Assembly: GCA_965215195.1 (NCBI GenBank)
Contig: CBDCDC010000002.1
Span: forward strand, 256,001-320,000
From: Candidatus Latescibacterota bacterium
GTDB taxonomy: Bacteria > Latescibacterota > UBA2968 > UBA8231
Direction of reading: 5' to 3'
Length of the DNA: 64,000 nt
Below are positions 44,281 through 54,620 of the stretch, in pieces. How positions within the stretch are numbered: the first letter of the stretch is position 1; the number at the start of each line of letters is the position of its first letter. Both the position numbers and the translations under genes were made by a program. Under the pieces are notes generated by a model. It did not search any database, was not told the origin of the DNA, and saw only the letters and a program-made list of their open reading frames with translations.

Positions 44281-45570
44281 TCACTCCGGGAAATAGACCT
44301 CTTCTTCGATATTGTTTTCAAGTCCCATGCAGGATAGTACTTGGTCTATGACATCGGAATTAAACTTCACTTGCTCTGCGAGCATGATCAATTTGTTGTA
44401 CGTAATTTTGTCGCGGCGGTAGGCTTCGATAGCCATACCCGTGAAGTTGAGCGCAAAGTTGCTGGTGTGGGGGTCTCGTCTTTCTTCTCCGATTTTCAGA
44501 AATTGCACAATTTGCCTTGCTTTTTCTTTTTGCCGGTAGAGTTGATCAAATGATTCTTCGGACAGAAACTTTGTGTTTCTCAATCTGTACAAGGCGGCTT
44601 CAAAACTAGTTCCAAAGTACGCACAGAGCTTGACGATATCGTAAAGCGTGATGATTTGTGAGGATGCCAAGCGACGGTGATGCCCAACAAGCGGATCGGG
44701 TTGCTCGGTATAGGCTAACAGTTTTTCTCTGCTGGATTCACCTTTGCCGATGTTTTTGAGAAATTGACTCACGCCTTCTTTTGGCATGAGAAACGCCGTG
44801 GCAAAAGCATTTGCACACACTTCAAATAAGTCGCGCTCGTTTGAAATTTTGCTGATGGCACTGACCTTATCTCGGTCGAGCAATATGTGACTGTATTCAT
44901 GAGCTATGGTAAATGCGACACGCGCTTTTGCCCTATCGAGCTGTGCTTGGTTGATGAAGATGCACAATTGCGCTTCTGCATTGGCCATGAAGATGCCGGA
45001 GATCTGCTCATCCAAATTGATTTCGATAACCGGTATCCCCTGCGATTCCACCAACTCGGCCATGTCGCGAATGGGATCATTCCCCAATTCGAGACGACCG
45101 CGTTCCGCCTCTGCTGCACGTTCGCCCACTTGAATGGCTTCCCAAATGCTTTTGGGTTCGCGATAGGTATATACAGGCGGTAGGTTCCGTTCTTTATCCA
45201 ACCCCAAAAGATCCTTTAGGTTGAGATATTCTCGGAAAATCTCGAATGCCTGCTGCAATGCTTCCCTACGTGCGTCGTTTTGAACCAACTCGGGATGAGT
45301 GCGAAACAGGACGGCAAGCGCGTCTTTCTCAACGCCCGTGCTGAAGTAGTTAAATTCAGTAGGCTTTTCTTCTAAGAAACTGACAATATCCCGCGCATAA
45401 AGACGCGATAGGCGCGTCAATTCGAGTGAACTGACCGTGCGTTGCCCGGACTCAATTTGAGAAATTGCCACACGGGTAAGCGCAACGCGATCGGCAACCT
45501 GCTGTTGGGTCAATCCGCTTGCTTCACGCGCACGTTTCAGCCGCTGTCCCAATTCTCGCTGCGTCAGCAT
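44281..45570 (-). CDS. XRE helix-turn-helix fused to an ImmA/IrrE (peptidase M78) domain
   Basis: RLKRAREASGLTQQQVA..ISQIESGQR; FTIAHEYSH, E..ANAFA..FLMP and FGTSFEAALYRL. Confidence 0.9.
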   Translation of the reverse strand: MLTQRELGQRLKRAREASGLTQQQVADRVALTRVAISQIESGQRTVSSLELTRLSRLYARDIVSFLEEKPTEFNYFSTGVEKDALAVLFRTHPELVQNDARREALQQAFEIFREYLNLKDLLGLDKERNLPPVYTYREPKSIWEAIQVGERAAEAERGRLELGNDPIRDMAELVESQGIPVIEINLDEQISGIFMANAEAQLCIFINQAQLDRAKARVAFTIAHEYSHILLDRDKVSAISKISNERDLFEVCANAFATAFLMPKEGVSQFLKNIGKGESSREKLLAYTEQPDPLVGHHRRLASSQIITLYDIVKLCAYFGTSFEAALYRLRNTKFLSEESFDQLYRQKEKARQIVQFLKIGEERRDPHTSNFALNFTGMAIEAYRRDKITYNKLIMLAEQVKFNSDVIDQVLSCMGLENNIEEEVYFPE

Positions 45571-45585
45571 CGTAAATGGACGCCC

Positions 45586-47568
45586 TCAAAACACAATGCT
45601 CGACACGGCCTTGGAAATCAGCGCCAGCGCAATCGACGACATCCCCACCAAGCCCATTCCGCACGAATAGCCGGCCAACAGAATGGGCGCGTACGCCCGC
45701 CAGCGCGCTTCGCCAAAGCGCTTTTGCAAGTGATAGCGGCCCAGCAATGCGCCGATGAAGTTGGGCAGCAGAAAGTGCGGCCACGCGCCCACGCCGCCGA
45801 TGAAGCCGTAGAACAGGGCGATCGGCCAGCGCACGAGCGCCAGCACACCCAAAATCCCGGCGCTGCCCAGCGCACCCGTGAGCACGTATTCCCAGCGAAT
45901 GATGGTCTCGATCAGCTCGTTGCCGCCCTCGGCGAGGGTTGACTTGGCCCAGAACGCCTGCATGGTGGCGTGGAAGGGCCAAAACTTTTGCACGTAGGGA
46001 TAGGCCGACGAGGGAATCGGCCCGAGCTGCCAGATAAAAGACCAGAACACAAACGAGCAGACGAACATGATTAGCAAGGTTACGCCAGCTAACTTGACGA
46101 TGCTGCCGAAGTGGGTGCGGGTCAGTTCGAGTTGCTTGAAGGCCGCGGCTTCGTAGCCCCACTGGAAGAGCGGGATCGGCGCAAACCACACGGCCGCGCC
46201 CTGATAGCCCGACAGGTAAAAGGAGCCTTCGCGCAAATAGGGGAAAGACGCCCCTTGCGGCGAGCCGGTCAGGCCGATCATGCGCGCCCCGATGTACGAG
46301 TAAATCGGCGTCCACACAAAGCCGAAGAACGCGCTGATCCACCAGGGAAATTCCGGCACCAAATACCACACCAAGACCACGAAGCCGAGCGTGCTCACCG
46401 CCCAGATGCCCAAGGCGAGGGGGATGGGGATGTCGCCGCGCCCCTCGGGTAGCCCTCCGTCGTTGCCCGCGCGCTTAACCCCGCGCAAAGTCCACAGGGT
46501 CTTGCCCACCATGGCAAAACCCATCACGGCCACCACGACCGCCCCGCCAATGGAAAAGCTGAGCCAGAAGTCAAAGGAGTTGGCGATCTGCGTGGGGATC
46601 GCCGACATGCCCGGCTCCCAGGTGTGCAGCACGTCGTAGGCGTAGAGCAGCGGATTGACGAGGACGTTGACGAGGAAGGCCGCGGCAAAGGAGCCGACCA
46701 CGATCCAAAAGGGCAGGACAAAGCCGACCATGACGTGCCCGAGGTCGGTGCCAAGGCCCATGATGCTGGCCGGCAGCATTTCCTTGAGCGAGACGGTCAG
46801 GTCGATAAACGGAATCGGCAGGATGGTCACCGTTTCGGTGAAGAAAATGCCCGAGAGCGTGGGGATGACCACGTAAAACAGCCCCCACACAAGGCCGATA
46901 AAGGCCCCGACGCTAAAGACCTCCCACCGCCAGCCTTGGCTCGGCCCCGAGCTCTCGGCGAGGGCGGTCGCGCCGCCGGCCTGCACCGCGGCCAGCGGGT
47001 ACGGCAGACGCTCAATGTCGTTGGTGATGCGGAACAGCACGTAGCCCAAAGACAGGCTGTTGACCTTTTGCATCGCGATGACGGTCAGCAGCAGGGCAAT
47101 GGGCTTGAGCCAGTCCGGGTGCAAAAAGGAGCGTCCCGCCAAGGCCGGCGAGCCGCGCGGCGGCACCACCCAATCGGGAATGTACTGGTGCAAGCCGTCG
47201 GCTTGGGGCGATTGAATCAAGTACTGGTCCCAGATCAGCCCGCCAAAAGGCCCGCCGAACAGCTCGGCCCCGGTGCCCAACTTGCCGCCCATCACGACCA
47301 AGCCGCCGGCCACCCAGTAGAGAATGATCACTTCTTGGGTGCGCAGGCGCGCAAAGGATCGCTTGGCGATTTCGATGAAGAGGATGAGCGTCACCCACTC
47401 GGCCCCGCCGGCCATGCTCTGGCCGGTCACCAACCCCAAGTAGATGGCCCCGGGCAACATGATGAAGCCGACGAAGAGGGCGGCCCACAAGGTCTTGAGG
47501 TTGAAGCCCGGTTCAAATTCGAGGTCCGCGGGAATCAGTTCGGGCGCTTTTGGGTCGTCTTTTGCCAT
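45586..47568 (-). CDS. OPT-like polytopic peptide transporter
   Basis: GFIMLPGAIYLGLV.G....AEWVTLILF.E, DIERLPYPLA and PIPSSAYPY..KFWP; many TMs. Confidence 0.7.
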   Translation of the reverse strand: MAKDDPKAPELIPADLEFEPGFNLKTLWAALFVGFIMLPGAIYLGLVTGQSMAGGAEWVTLILFIEIAKRSFARLRTQEVIILYWVAGGLVVMGGKLGTGAELFGGPFGGLIWDQYLIQSPQADGLHQYIPDWVVPPRGSPALAGRSFLHPDWLKPIALLLTVIAMQKVNSLSLGYVLFRITNDIERLPYPLAAVQAGGATALAESSGPSQGWRWEVFSVGAFIGLVWGLFYVVIPTLSGIFFTETVTILPIPFIDLTVSLKEMLPASIMGLGTDLGHVMVGFVLPFWIVVGSFAAAFLVNVLVNPLLYAYDVLHTWEPGMSAIPTQIANSFDFWLSFSIGGAVVVAVMGFAMVGKTLWTLRGVKRAGNDGGLPEGRGDIPIPLALGIWAVSTLGFVVLVWYLVPEFPWWISAFFGFVWTPIYSYIGARMIGLTGSPQGASFPYLREGSFYLSGYQGAAVWFAPIPLFQWGYEAAAFKQLELTRTHFGSIVKLAGVTLLIMFVCSFVFWSFIWQLGPIPSSAYPYVQKFWPFHATMQAFWAKSTLAEGGNELIETIIRWEYVLTGALGSAGILGVLALVRWPIALFYGFIGGVGAWPHFLLPNFIGALLGRYHLQKRFGEARWRAYAPILLAGYSCGMGLVGMSSIALALISKAVSSIVF

Positions 47569-47571
47569 GCG

Positions 47572-49482
47572 CTAGTTTCCGTACAAGGGGTGCCCCTGCC
47601 CGGGGAACCAAATCATATCGACGCAAAAGGACAGGCCAATCGCGGTGAAGTACCCGAGAATGAGGCCAATAAAAAAGGGCTGGGCGCGTTGGTACAGGCC
47701 GATGCCGCCCGAGCGCATGATGGCCCATTTGGCCAGCCAAGAGACGAAGATCGAAAAGACGATGATGGTCATGGGATAGGAGCAGATGCCGACCGGCATG
47801 CCAATCGGGTGCAGGGGCCACCACGAGAAGCGGTAGCGCATAAAGGTCAACAGTCCCATGACGCCCGCGCCACTGACGAGGTGGCCCAGCCGCGTCCAAT
47901 CCGGGGCCTTGAGGTCGATTTTGCGCAGGCTTTCCACGTAGGGCACTTGCGAGCCCGTGCCGAAGATCCACCCGCCGTAGTTGTACGCGCCAAAGGAGTA
48001 GCCCATGTAGAGCGCAAAGGCCATGGAGACCACGAGGGCCACCAGCGCCGAGAGGAGGATGTAGAAGCTGAGCCAGCGGCGATTGCCGCGGATGTGGCCG
48101 GACACCTTGGCGCTGTTGGCCGCGGCGACCATGAAGAAGCCCTTGAGCTCGTGGTGCCAGCCGTAGGACAGCCCGAGGGCGATGTTGCTCTGTGCAGTGG
48201 CGTGCGGCCCGAGCGCGTACCCGACAAAGGTCTGGCCGACCAGCGGTGCGCGGCTGAAGAGCAAGCCGCCCTCCATGATAATGCGCGTGATGCCCACGTA
48301 GAGGACCAAGGTGGCCAAGATGAAGAGCGCGACCGTGGGCGGGTTCATGCCCGCGCGCCACATCCAAAAGGCGATGTAGAGCAGGGCCAGCCCGCTGCCA
48401 AAGACGATCATCCGGTAGGACATTAGCTCGTCGGTGTCGTCGATGTCGGCATCGTTGTACACGGCTTTGCGCCAGATCGCCCCGAGGTGCCCGCGCGCCA
48501 TCCACAGCATCCCAGCGACGAGGGCGATCAGTGCGCCGAAGGACTGCCAGCCGATGGCAGGGTGCCCGAGGGTGTACACGTCGCGGCCGGCAATGGTGTA
48601 GCCAAAGCGGTTGAACAGGCCCTGTTGCAGCATGGTGAGCGCGGTGAAAAACCACATGCTGAACGACACGTCGAGATTGACGAAATACGCGAAGCCGACG
48701 ATGGCCCAGTTCACGTTGGTATTGATGGCGGGAAATTCGCGGCCAATGCGGATGGGGTCGGACAGATCGCGCGGGATGGGTGGAAAGGCCGGGGTAAAGT
48801 ACGCGACCACGTTCCACATAACCATGCAGAAGGGCAGGGCAAAGCCGAACCAAAACGCCTTTTGGCGCACAAAGCTGGGCCAGTTAGAGCCTTGCGGCGG
48901 GGCGATGAGCTGTTGGGGCAATTCCATCAGGGCGAATGGCAAGCGCTCGTATTCGACCCACTGCTTGCGCAGGGCCGCGACCATGCAGTGACACAAAAAG
49001 AAGATGGCCATCACCAAGCTGGTCCACCAAAAAAGCGGCCCGATCCAAGCGCCCCAAGGGATGGATTCGCCGGCCGGCAGGCCGTTGTAGAACCACTTGA
49101 GGGCAATCGCGTCGTTGGGCACCAGCCATTCCTCAATGTACTGCACTACCTTGCTCTGCCACTGATTCTCGGGCGAGGCAAAGTACTGGGGGGCGGCGAC
49201 GACCGCGATCATGTACGTGGAGGTGCCCCAGGTGGGAATTGAGGCCCCGACCAAGGACATGGTGAAGATGAGGCCCAGCTCACTGGTGCTCAGGCCGCGC
49301 ACCTTTAGCAGGGACTTGGCCGCGGCGTTGAGAAAGACCAAGCCGGTAAAGAGAAACACCACGCTCAAGGGCAGGTAGCTGATTGCCCACTGCGAGGACT
49401 TGAGGATGAACATGCTGTACGGGGCCCCGATGTTGATCAGGACCACGAGGCCCAAGCCGATGAGAAAGGCGCGTGGAGTCAC
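47572..49482 (-). CDS. DUF6785/DUF6784-type membrane protein (paralog of 26790-28739)
   Basis: LRKQWVEYERLPF.L, WWPLHPIG and GG..LY....PFFIGLILG. Confidence 0.7.
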   Translation of the reverse strand: MTPRAFLIGLGLVVLINIGAPYSMFILKSSQWAISYLPLSVVFLFTGLVFLNAAAKSLLKVRGLSTSELGLIFTMSLVGASIPTWGTSTYMIAVVAAPQYFASPENQWQSKVVQYIEEWLVPNDAIALKWFYNGLPAGESIPWGAWIGPLFWWTSLVMAIFFLCHCMVAALRKQWVEYERLPFALMELPQQLIAPPQGSNWPSFVRQKAFWFGFALPFCMVMWNVVAYFTPAFPPIPRDLSDPIRIGREFPAINTNVNWAIVGFAYFVNLDVSFSMWFFTALTMLQQGLFNRFGYTIAGRDVYTLGHPAIGWQSFGALIALVAGMLWMARGHLGAIWRKAVYNDADIDDTDELMSYRMIVFGSGLALLYIAFWMWRAGMNPPTVALFILATLVLYVGITRIIMEGGLLFSRAPLVGQTFVGYALGPHATAQSNIALGLSYGWHHELKGFFMVAAANSAKVSGHIRGNRRWLSFYILLSALVALVVSMAFALYMGYSFGAYNYGGWIFGTGSQVPYVESLRKIDLKAPDWTRLGHLVSGAGVMGLLTFMRYRFSWWPLHPIGMPVGICSYPMTIIVFSIFVSWLAKWAIMRSGGIGLYQRAQPFFIGLILGYFTAIGLSFCVDMIWFPGQGHPLYGN

Positions 49483-49712
49483 GTCGGCTGACCGGAGCTA
49501 CTGGGGGCGCGGCGCACGTTTAGCATCGACAGATTGTCTGGAGCGACCAAGTGACCCTTGGCTCGCTTGACCGCGATTTCCCACCCGGTGACAGCGCTGA
49601 CGAAAACGTCATTGTGCGGGTCGGCGATTGCGGCGCGGGTAGCTTCGGCCAGTTGCTGCACATCGGATAGACACCATAAAAAGGTGTGGGTATCCAACAG
49701 TAGCCGCGCCAT
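49479..49712 (-). pseudogene. vapC: C-terminally truncated VapC/PIN toxin
   Basis: LLLDTHTFLW..FVSAVTGWEIAVK..G; only 77 aa and lacks the DPFDR and ..D C-terminal motifs. Confidence 0.75.
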
Positions 49713-49714
49713 GG

Positions 49715-49969
49715 CTAACGCTTATCTGGGAAAATTTTCGCGTTCTCAATCAGGTCCATGAGCTCTTCATCGGGCTCGTCGAAGTCTGGAGACATCCAGA
49801 TCTTTCCTTCTAGCCCCCCAAGCTGACGTTCCTCCAGCCGCTCCCGATAGGGTTCCAGCCGCAAATACGGCTCGCCGGCCTTGGCGATCACAACTTCTTC
49901 CCCGGCCCAAGCCAACTTGCCTAGGCGCGAAAGTTGCGATTTGGCCTCGTGCATGTTCACCTTCTTCAT
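49715..49969 (-). CDS. Phd/YefM family antitoxin
   Basis: VNMHEAKSQLSRL....GEEVVIAKAGEP..RL.P..R.LG.L.G.IWMS.DFD; GAGG RBS; AGCTAAGT direct repeats upstream at 49985 and 49995. Confidence 0.85.
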   Translation of the reverse strand: MKKVNMHEAKSQLSRLGKLAWAGEEVVIAKAGEPYLRLEPYRERLEERQLGGLEGKIWMSPDFDEPDEELMDLIENAKIFPDKR

Positions 49970-50002
49970 GGTGAATCCTCCAATAGCTAAGTTAAGCTAA
50001 GT

Positions 50003-53000
50003 CTATTTTGCTGCCGGCGCCGCGGCAAACGCCTTTTCCACCTCGTCCCGATACCCTTGGCGGATCCCCGGCGACAGGGTGCGCCACACGAGGAATCGCT
50101 TGCGCAGCACATTGAGGAACTTGCGATTCATGCGCTGCCAAGAGGCCACGTCGCCGCTGAGGCGCTCGAGGTGGGTCTCAATTTTGTAGATGTGGTGCTC
50201 GCCGGTGGGAGTCGCTTGCAGGCGCACCTGCTGGCTAATCCCCAAATCGTAGGGTGCCAGCCAAGTGCGCATGGCAATGGCGTAGGACGGCTCCGGCCCG
50301 TCTGCGGCGATGGATAGCTCGATGTCGCGGGCGATGAAGTCGCCGATTGAGCCTTCGCCATAGGCGGCAAAGACCGACTTGAGGTACGCGTACATGCTCG
50401 GCACTTCGGCCCCGCCAACCGTGAAGGGAAAATCAAAGCGCCAGTGGTCGCCGACCGGCGGGGGGAATTGCCACTGCCGCGTCACGTCCGGGACGGCCAT
50501 GTTGGCCGCCAAGCGCGCTGGATACAAGGTCGATAAATAGACCGTGCCGATGACCACCACCGTAGCCCACACGGCCGACAGCGACGAGTAGTTGAGCGTC
50601 AGGCCGGCGAGCAGCCCGTAGTGCAGCACGAACAGATGGGCGATTTGGCCTAGGGCGTAGCCGACCACCGCGCCAAAGGTGGCAAACACTGTGGATTCGG
50701 CCAAGAACAGCAGGCCGATGTGGCTGGGGGCCAAGCCGACGACGCTGTAGATGCCAATTTCGCGCACGCGCTCGTACACGGCCCCCATCATGGTATTGAG
50801 CACGATCAAGGCGGCGATGATCACCGGCACCAAAAGCTGGCCGGCCCCGCTTATTTCGGTGGAGCCGATCGAGCTGTAGGCCACGACGCGATCGCCTTGG
50901 CCGACGAACAGGGTCAGGGCCACCCGCGACATAAAGGACTCCACGCGCTGGATAAATGCTGGGTCGTCCGCGGCCGCGGCAATGGCGATGGAGCGCAGGC
51001 GGCCGTCCATGGCGCGGACGCGCTGGTAGGGCAAGAACAGGGTGTTGACCACTTCGAGGTGGTTGAAGGTCTCGACTGCGGTGGCGGCCAAGGTGCGCGG
51101 GTCCTCGGTGCTCTCGCGGGTGATGAGGCCGGCGTCTTTGACTGTGTCCACGGGCGTTAGGCGCTCGCCATCGAGATCGACGACCTCCTTGAGGGCCGCG
51201 CTGTCGAACAGGCCAATGACTTGGTACTCCTCGCCGTAGAGCGCGATGGTGGCCGCACCCACGTCCGCGGCCCCAATGCCGACGAGCGCGGCCAAGCTGT
51301 CGGGCAAGATGACGGCCTTGTCGTCGCCGGCTGCAAAGAAGCGGCCGGCCGAGATGTGCGCGTCGAGGCCCGTTACTTGAGCTTCGGCCGGCTGTAGGCC
51401 CACCAAGCCGTGCGCGAAACTGGCCGCGCCGGTCGCCGTGGCTGCAAAGTCGATATAGGCCCGTTCGGATTCGACTGGCGACAAGTACCAGGCGCGCGGC
51501 ACGACCAAGGCGCGGTCGCCAAACGCGCTCTGCACGTAGTCCAAGATGGAATCCTGCATGCCGCGCCAAGCGCGGTCGCGAATGAGGCCGCCCTCGTATA
51601 GAGGCGGGGTGTCGCGCGGCAGGCGATAGAAGTCGAGGCTGGACTTGACCGAGGTAAAGGAATTGACGGTAAAGGTCAAAAAGGTCAGGGTCGCGGCCGT
51701 CAGCGCGGTGCGCAGGCGGCGTTTGCCCAAGTTGGAGATGCCCAACAGCACGGCCGCAAAACTCGCGGCCATGCGCCCCACATCGGTCTCGTGCAGGCCG
51801 GCGGCCGCGCCCTTGCGCCGCTGCAGGAGCGCCTTGAAGCGCGCGACGACGATCGCGATGACGAGGACGCCCAAGGCGAGGATGACAAACGCGAGGAAGA
51901 TGATGTACGGCGAGGAACTCAGCTTGAAGGCCGGATGGACGAAGCGCAGGATCAAAAACACGAGGACGAAGATCCCCACAAAGCCGGCGATTTGCCGCCG
52001 CACGTCCGGGAAGCCGAAGAAGAAGCGCTCGCAGAAGAAGGCAAAGGGCAACAGGAGCGCGAAGTAGAAAATCACCGCGCGGACCGCGTCGTTGGCCGTG
52101 GCCTTGACTTGCGGGTAGATACGGGCCTCTAGTCCGAGGGCGCGGCGCACTGCGCGCTGATAGCCGGTGTAATCAAAGGCCGCGAGTTTGTCGCCGGCCG
52201 CGAGCAGGGCCTCCCGCGCCTGATCGTGCATGGCCTGTAGCTGTTCGAGGACAATGCCGTGGCGCACCATTTGTTTGATCCGCGCCTCGTCAATGATCCA
52301 GATGTCGCGGGCCGCCTGCAATGCCGGGTAGGGGATGAGGCCTTGTTCAACCGGAAAGCCCGCGCCTTGGGCCCGCTCAATGGTCGTCCGATCGACGCCG
52401 GCCGGATCGAGCTCGGCGAACAGGGCCGAGTCCGCGTTGGTGAGCATGTAGCGCACGCCGGCGAGCGCGCTCTCGCCGCCAAAGGCACCCTCGCCAGCGA
52501 GAATTTTGACGCGGGTGCCCGGCTCGGCGAACACCACGCCGGCCTGCACCACCCGGTCCTGTACTGCGCTCTGGTTCTCGATGTAGCTGAGGGAAAAGGA
52601 GCGCGGCGGCGCGTCGTTGCTGCCGAGGACGTTGACGCGGTCCATGGCCGCTAGGTAGCGCGGATCGACCACCTCCAAGAAGCTGAGGGCGCGGCAGCGA
52701 AACAGGACCTGCAACATGCGGTTTTCCCACCAGCCGTACGGCTGGGTGCCCGGGTAGGTTTTGTCGCCCTCCTCGCCGAGATCGGGCGCAGAGACGATGC
52801 GGCCGTATTCGTCGAGTTCAAAGGCTTGGATGCGGTTGGCAAAGCGGTTGCGCACAATGTCGAACTTGAAGTACCCGCTTTCGTCCCCGTGCGTGGCCAT
52901 GAGGGTGCGTACGCCGGCCACGGAGTTGGGGCCGGGCTGGAGATAGGTGACGAGCGCGTTGGGCACCGGGGCCTTGGGCACGGCAAAATTCACGTCGCGG

Positions 53001-54595
53001 TCGAACCAGTAGATGTTGCCCTCTAAGCTGTGCCCCCAATCGCGCAGGGTCAGCTTGGTGTCGTTGAAGAAGTCCGGGTCGGAAGCGGCCTTGAGCATCA
53101 GCCCGGCTATGGTGCGGGTCTGTTCGGCGAGCTCGTTGAGCGCGACGAATTCGAGCCGGTCGAGGGGCGTATCCACGCGCTGGCGCAGTTGGTTGGGCGT
53201 GACCAAAGAGAGCGCTTCCTTGCCCACGAAGGCCGCGGCCTCGCTGTCGAGGGCCAGCCGCACGGGCATGAAGTTTTTCCACACCCGCTTCTGCGGGGCC
53301 ACGGCGTCTTGGTAGCGAGTCGAGTCGGCGAAAATTTCGCGGTTGTAGCGGGCAAAGCGCACAGCGTAGTGCGCCATCAAGTTCTTCTGATAGTCGTCGT
53401 TGCGCCAAGCCGAGTTGTAGAACGTGCCCATGGTGAAGCTGCCGACCCGGGAGCTGTGGCTGGCCAAGTCGAGGCCGACGAAGAGGCGGAAGTCAATGCG
53501 CTCGGCCGGCCGGATCTGGCGGCGGAAATGCTCGCTTTTGCGCGCGTGGCGGGAGAGGAAATCGTTGACGCCGGCCAAGCCCTGAAAGTGCCCGGGAGTG
53601 GCCAAAAAGAGCACGGTGTAGCGGGTGCCTTCGGCCACGAGCAAGCGGGCGATTTCGAGCAGCGCGGCCATGCCGGTCGCGCTCTCGGCCCCCGGGGCCA
53701 GTGCCGGGACGACCGAGATCGCGTCGTAGTGCGCTTGCAGGACGATGATTTGGTCGCCCCACTGTTGGATTTCGCGGCGCTGACCCGGCGGCATGTCCGC
53801 GGCCAAGCCCGGAAGGACGGCGAATACATTGCGCGCTTGGACCTGCTCCCAGTCCATGCGCGCTTGGAGATGCACTTGGGCGTCGCCGCTGCGCGCTTGC
53901 TGCCGCAGGATTTCCGCGCCTGCTGCTTCCACCCAAAAGCGCGGGATGTCCACGGGCACTTGGAGGAACTTATCGGCCGCCTCGCTGCGCGTGACCCGGC
54001 CATCGTCGTACAGCAAGATGGCTTGCGCGCCCAAGGCCCGCGCTTGGACGTGGGCCTTGCCCGAGCCAAACCCCATCAGCGCGATGCTGCCGGCTAGCCG
54101 CTTCCCATCCATTTCGGCTAAGCTGCCGCGCCCCAAGTCTATGAGGTGGCCGGAGATGCCGCCCGGCCGCAGGGACGGGGAGCGCACGTGGTTGGGCCAC
54201 AAGCCGTAGATGGGAATGGCTTCGTCTGAGCCAGCCAAGCGTAGCTGACCGCCGCGATCTAGGGGGACCGAAACGGAAAAAAATTCGCTGGTGACGTGGA
54301 GGCCGAGGCGGCCGAATTCCCCTTCGATATAGCGGGCTGCGTTCTCGGCCCCGGCATAGCCGGTGACGCGGGACGAGTCCGCGGTGAGGATGCGGAGGTG
54401 GCGCTCTAGATCGGCGGCGTTTATTTGCGCGACAGCTTCGCGCAGCGAGGGCGCTTGGTCGGTGGGCGGAGATTCGCGCAGGGGCACCCAGCCAATGGCC
54501 CGTTCAATCCAGCGCGAAATGGTAGCTGGATCAAAGGCCGTGACCGATAGCAGAAAGAAGGCCGCAATGGCGAATAGGAGGAACTTGGTCAGCAT
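50003..54595 (-). CDS. Large membrane protein: M28/nicastrin-like ectodomain plus MacB/FtsX-like permease
   Basis: SRVTGY.G, QAHYD..APGAES and PGHFQGLAG; SNLGKRRLRTALT; LNTMMGAVYERVREIGIYSVVGLAP.HI..LFLAES (the ORF extends to 54622). Confidence 0.8.
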   Translation of the reverse strand: MLTKFLLFAIAAFFLLSVTAFDPATISRWIERAIGWVPLRESPPTDQAPSLREAVAQINAADLERHLRILTADSSRVTGYAGAENAARYIEGEFGRLGLHVTSEFFSVSVPLDRGGQLRLAGSDEAIPIYGLWPNHVRSPSLRPGGISGHLIDLGRGSLAEMDGKRLAGSIALMGFGSGKAHVQARALGAQAILLYDDGRVTRSEAADKFLQVPVDIPRFWVEAAGAEILRQQARSGDAQVHLQARMDWEQVQARNVFAVLPGLAADMPPGQRREIQQWGDQIIVLQAHYDAISVVPALAPGAESATGMAALLEIARLLVAEGTRYTVLFLATPGHFQGLAGVNDFLSRHARKSEHFRRQIRPAERIDFRLFVGLDLASHSSRVGSFTMGTFYNSAWRNDDYQKNLMAHYAVRFARYNREIFADSTRYQDAVAPQKRVWKNFMPVRLALDSEAAAFVGKEALSLVTPNQLRQRVDTPLDRLEFVALNELAEQTRTIAGLMLKAASDPDFFNDTKLTLRDWGHSLEGNIYWFDRDVNFAVPKAPVPNALVTYLQPGPNSVAGVRTLMATHGDESGYFKFDIVRNRFANRIQAFELDEYGRIVSAPDLGEEGDKTYPGTQPYGWWENRMLQVLFRCRALSFLEVVDPRYLAAMDRVNVLGSNDAPPRSFSLSYIENQSAVQDRVVQAGVVFAEPGTRVKILAGEGAFGGESALAGVRYMLTNADSALFAELDPAGVDRTTIERAQGAGFPVEQGLIPYPALQAARDIWIIDEARIKQMVRHGIVLEQLQAMHDQAREALLAAGDKLAAFDYTGYQRAVRRALGLEARIYPQVKATANDAVRAVIFYFALLLPFAFFCERFFFGFPDVRRQIAGFVGIFVLVFLILRFVHPAFKLSSSPYIIFLAFVILALGVLVIAIVVARFKALLQRRKGAAAGLHETDVGRMAASFAAVLLGISNLGKRRLRTALTAATLTFLTFTVNSFTSVKSSLDFYRLPRDTPPLYEGGLIRDRAWRGMQDSILDYVQSAFGDRALVVPRAWYLSPVESERAYIDFAATATGAASFAHGLVGLQPAEAQVTGLDAHISAGRFFAAGDDKAVILPDSLAALVGIGAADVGAATIALYGEEYQVIGLFDSAALKEVVDLDGERLTPVDTVKDAGLITRESTEDPRTLAATAVETFNHLEVVNTLFLPYQRVRAMDGRLRSIAIAAAADDPAFIQRVESFMSRVALTLFVGQGDRVVAYSSIGSTEISGAGQLLVPVIIAALIVLNTMMGAVYERVREIGIYSVVGLAPSHIGLLFLAESTVFATFGAVVGYALGQIAHLFVLHYGLLAGLTLNYSSLSAVWATVVVIGTVYLSTLYPARLAANMAVPDVTRQWQFPPPVGDHWRFDFPFTVGGAEVPSMYAYLKSVFAAYGEGSIGDFIARDIELSIAADGPEPSYAIAMRTWLAPYDLGISQQVRLQATPTGEHHIYKIETHLERLSGDVASWQRMNRKFLNVLRKRFLVWRTLSPGIRQGYRDEVEKAFAAAPAAK

Positions 54596-54620
54596 TGAAC
54601 GGAGGCTGGCACCAGACAGC

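Noticed and set aside
46624-48426. 600-aa plus-strand ORF and many other long antisense or overlapping ORFs (e.g. 3929-5218, 5543-6601, 16699-17616, 57637-58698)
   Set aside because: Shadow frames of GC-rich genes with no recognisable motifs; they lie opposite well-supported CDSs
49483-50030. Possible target duplication flanking the Phd-VapC cassette
   Set aside because: Only short GC-rich similarity (GCCGCG...), not distinguishable from chance
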